A DNA stretch of 64,000 nucleotides from assembly GCA_010909165.1 (NCBI GenBank), contig MU008169.1, forward strand, positions 186,001 through 250,000. The letters run 5' to 3'. Numbering within the stretch: position 1 is the first letter of the stretch; every line of letters starts with the position of its first letter. The notes beneath the pieces are model-generated. The model was not told the origin of the DNA, searched no databases, and saw nothing but the letters and a program-made list of their open reading frames with translations. Source of the DNA: Anthoceros angustus. Taxonomy: Eukaryota; Plantae; Anthocerotophyta. The translations under genes and the position numbers were made by a program. Shown here piece by piece: positions 62,520-64,000 of this stretch.

Positions 62520-62700
62520 AGAGCTTTGTTGTTAGGGCCATGTTAGTGAGGCTGTTAGGCTTTGGAAGTTTTTGAGGCAGACAAGCAGTTCTGTTTCCAA
62601 GTCTCTCTTTTGTGCTTTGCTGAAGAAATGTCTAGTTAACAAGGACCTTGTTCTCGGTGGTCGATGCAAAGGGAGCATACTTGACGACGGGGCACAAACT
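62520..62700 (+). pseudogene. Possible PLS-class PPR gene 5' relic
   Basis: ELCC*GHVSEAVRLWKFLRQ..SKSLFCALLKKCLVNKDLVLG resembles the LC..G.L.EA / Y..LL..C...KDL..G start of bryophyte PLS-PPR proteins. It contains stop codons. Confidence 0.3.
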
Positions 62701-63077
62701 GCATGTTGATGTGTTGGCTAGTTAGACATGGCGTTTGGGCCAGGGTTCTGTCTGTCTTCACAACGAAGAACAAAATCCCCTGATCGGGTCACATTTCTAC
62801 ACTAAGAATTAAGGCATGGAAGCAACCATGGGAGATAACAATGGACAGACTTGGTGTCTTCCGTGGACAAGAAACCACAACCAATATAATTTTCCGAATT
62901 AAGAAGGTTGGTACATCCTACATACATGGGCAGCTCCCAGATGTGAACAGTCACACCCTTTCGGGCTTACTACAAAAGGCACAACGTACCCAAGACGCTC
63001 ATTCTTTCCTAATCATTCTTCCTTCTCCTCCATCCCTCTCCACATACACATAGATTGATCCTGCCTGGTTTCCTATA

Positions 63078-63089
63078 TGGTATCAGAGC
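63078..63089 (+). mobile_element. Isolated tRNA-iMet PBS; possible degenerate LTR element running toward the window end
   Basis: TGGTATCAGAGC is preceded by TA rather than CA. No partner LTR or retroelement domains were recognised. Confidence 0.3.
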
Positions 63090-64000
63090 AAGCAAAAATA
63101 TAGCCGCTTAAACTCCTTTGTGTGGTCCCTCCCCATCCTAGCCTCTGCCAGCACATGGATTGCTTAGAGTGCGGATTTTTTACAAGAATCCGTAAGATCT
63201 GATGCCCGATCTTGGCGATCTGTCCCACGACTTAGGTGATATGCGTGCCCATCAATCCGCAATCGAGTGGAGAACAGTGTAGACCAGTTATGGGCTTTCC
63301 TCCGCACCGCGCTGGCTGCTCAATTTGCCATGTGATGTGCTTGTATCCCTCTTGTACAATTAGAGCCAACATGTGTAGCCTCGTTACGTGTGAATCCTGT
63401 CATACCGAAGTATTCTGGTTGCAGCACACATTGCCTCGCAAATGCCAAGTTACGATGCGGACTCACGGATGGACGGAAGACCAACTCCTTCGAAGTTACT
63501 TGCAATCCGGAGCGTGAGCAGTGGCGACCCATCCGATGCATTTATACATGGGATCCGGGTCTTTCATGTCTCGATTCATAGGATTGGTGTACCATCTCCA
63601 TCGGCCCGAGGCTGCAAGATTCACGGAGGGAGCAACCGCCTCACGCGCGCCACGCCCGCACGCTGTGACGACATTTCAAACCAGCGCATGTCGGCGCCAC
63701 CGCTCATCCGCTTAACGGTGAAGCCACAAGGAATTATGACCCGCCCCAGGTCCGAATCGGTTACGATGAACGTGCCGGCGGGCGAACGGTTCATCACCTA
63801 GTGTTGGGGGAGCGGGGGATGAATACCTGGTCGTTATGCATTTAGGCTTCCAACAACGAAATTCAAATACCAATTTTCTTTATTCCCACTATGTCGTAGA
63901 ACTCCCTCGTGCACCTCCAATCCACCGCCTCGCAAGGCTTTATGTATCCCAACAAGTACCCATGTGATCGCCCAACATAGCCATATAGTAGTCCTCCAAG

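Overview
Eukaryotic nuclear DNA from a compact, non-seed land-plant-like genome. Host introns are about 70-115 bp; a hornwort/bryophyte source is inferred, not proven. The first 20 kb is gene-dense: an intronless root-type ferredoxin-NADP+ reductase, a fully traceable 15-exon haspin kinase (839 aa), and an RluA-family pseudouridine synthase. The main result is that haspin's last intron (12131-17208) is filled by an intronless, antisense MED25/PFT1 gene present as several rearranged tandem modules. Extra copies of haspin's last exon and older MED25 relics lie nearby. The remaining ~40 kb is a nested transposon pile. A CACTA/En-Spm element occurs as two overlapping copies separated by an N and a ~0.8-kb bacterial hybrid-histidine-kinase fragment. 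An Athila/Tat-like Ty3/gypsy element with very long (4.3-4.8 kb), apparently protein-coding LTRs is inserted in it. So is a 3.2-kb copia deletion derivative carrying a tRNA-like Pol III cassette. Repeat copies are full of single-base indels while single-copy genes are clean, which suggests unpolished long-read consensus, so frameshifts and some tandem duplications may be assembly artefacts. No CRISPR array, rRNA or intact tRNA was seen.
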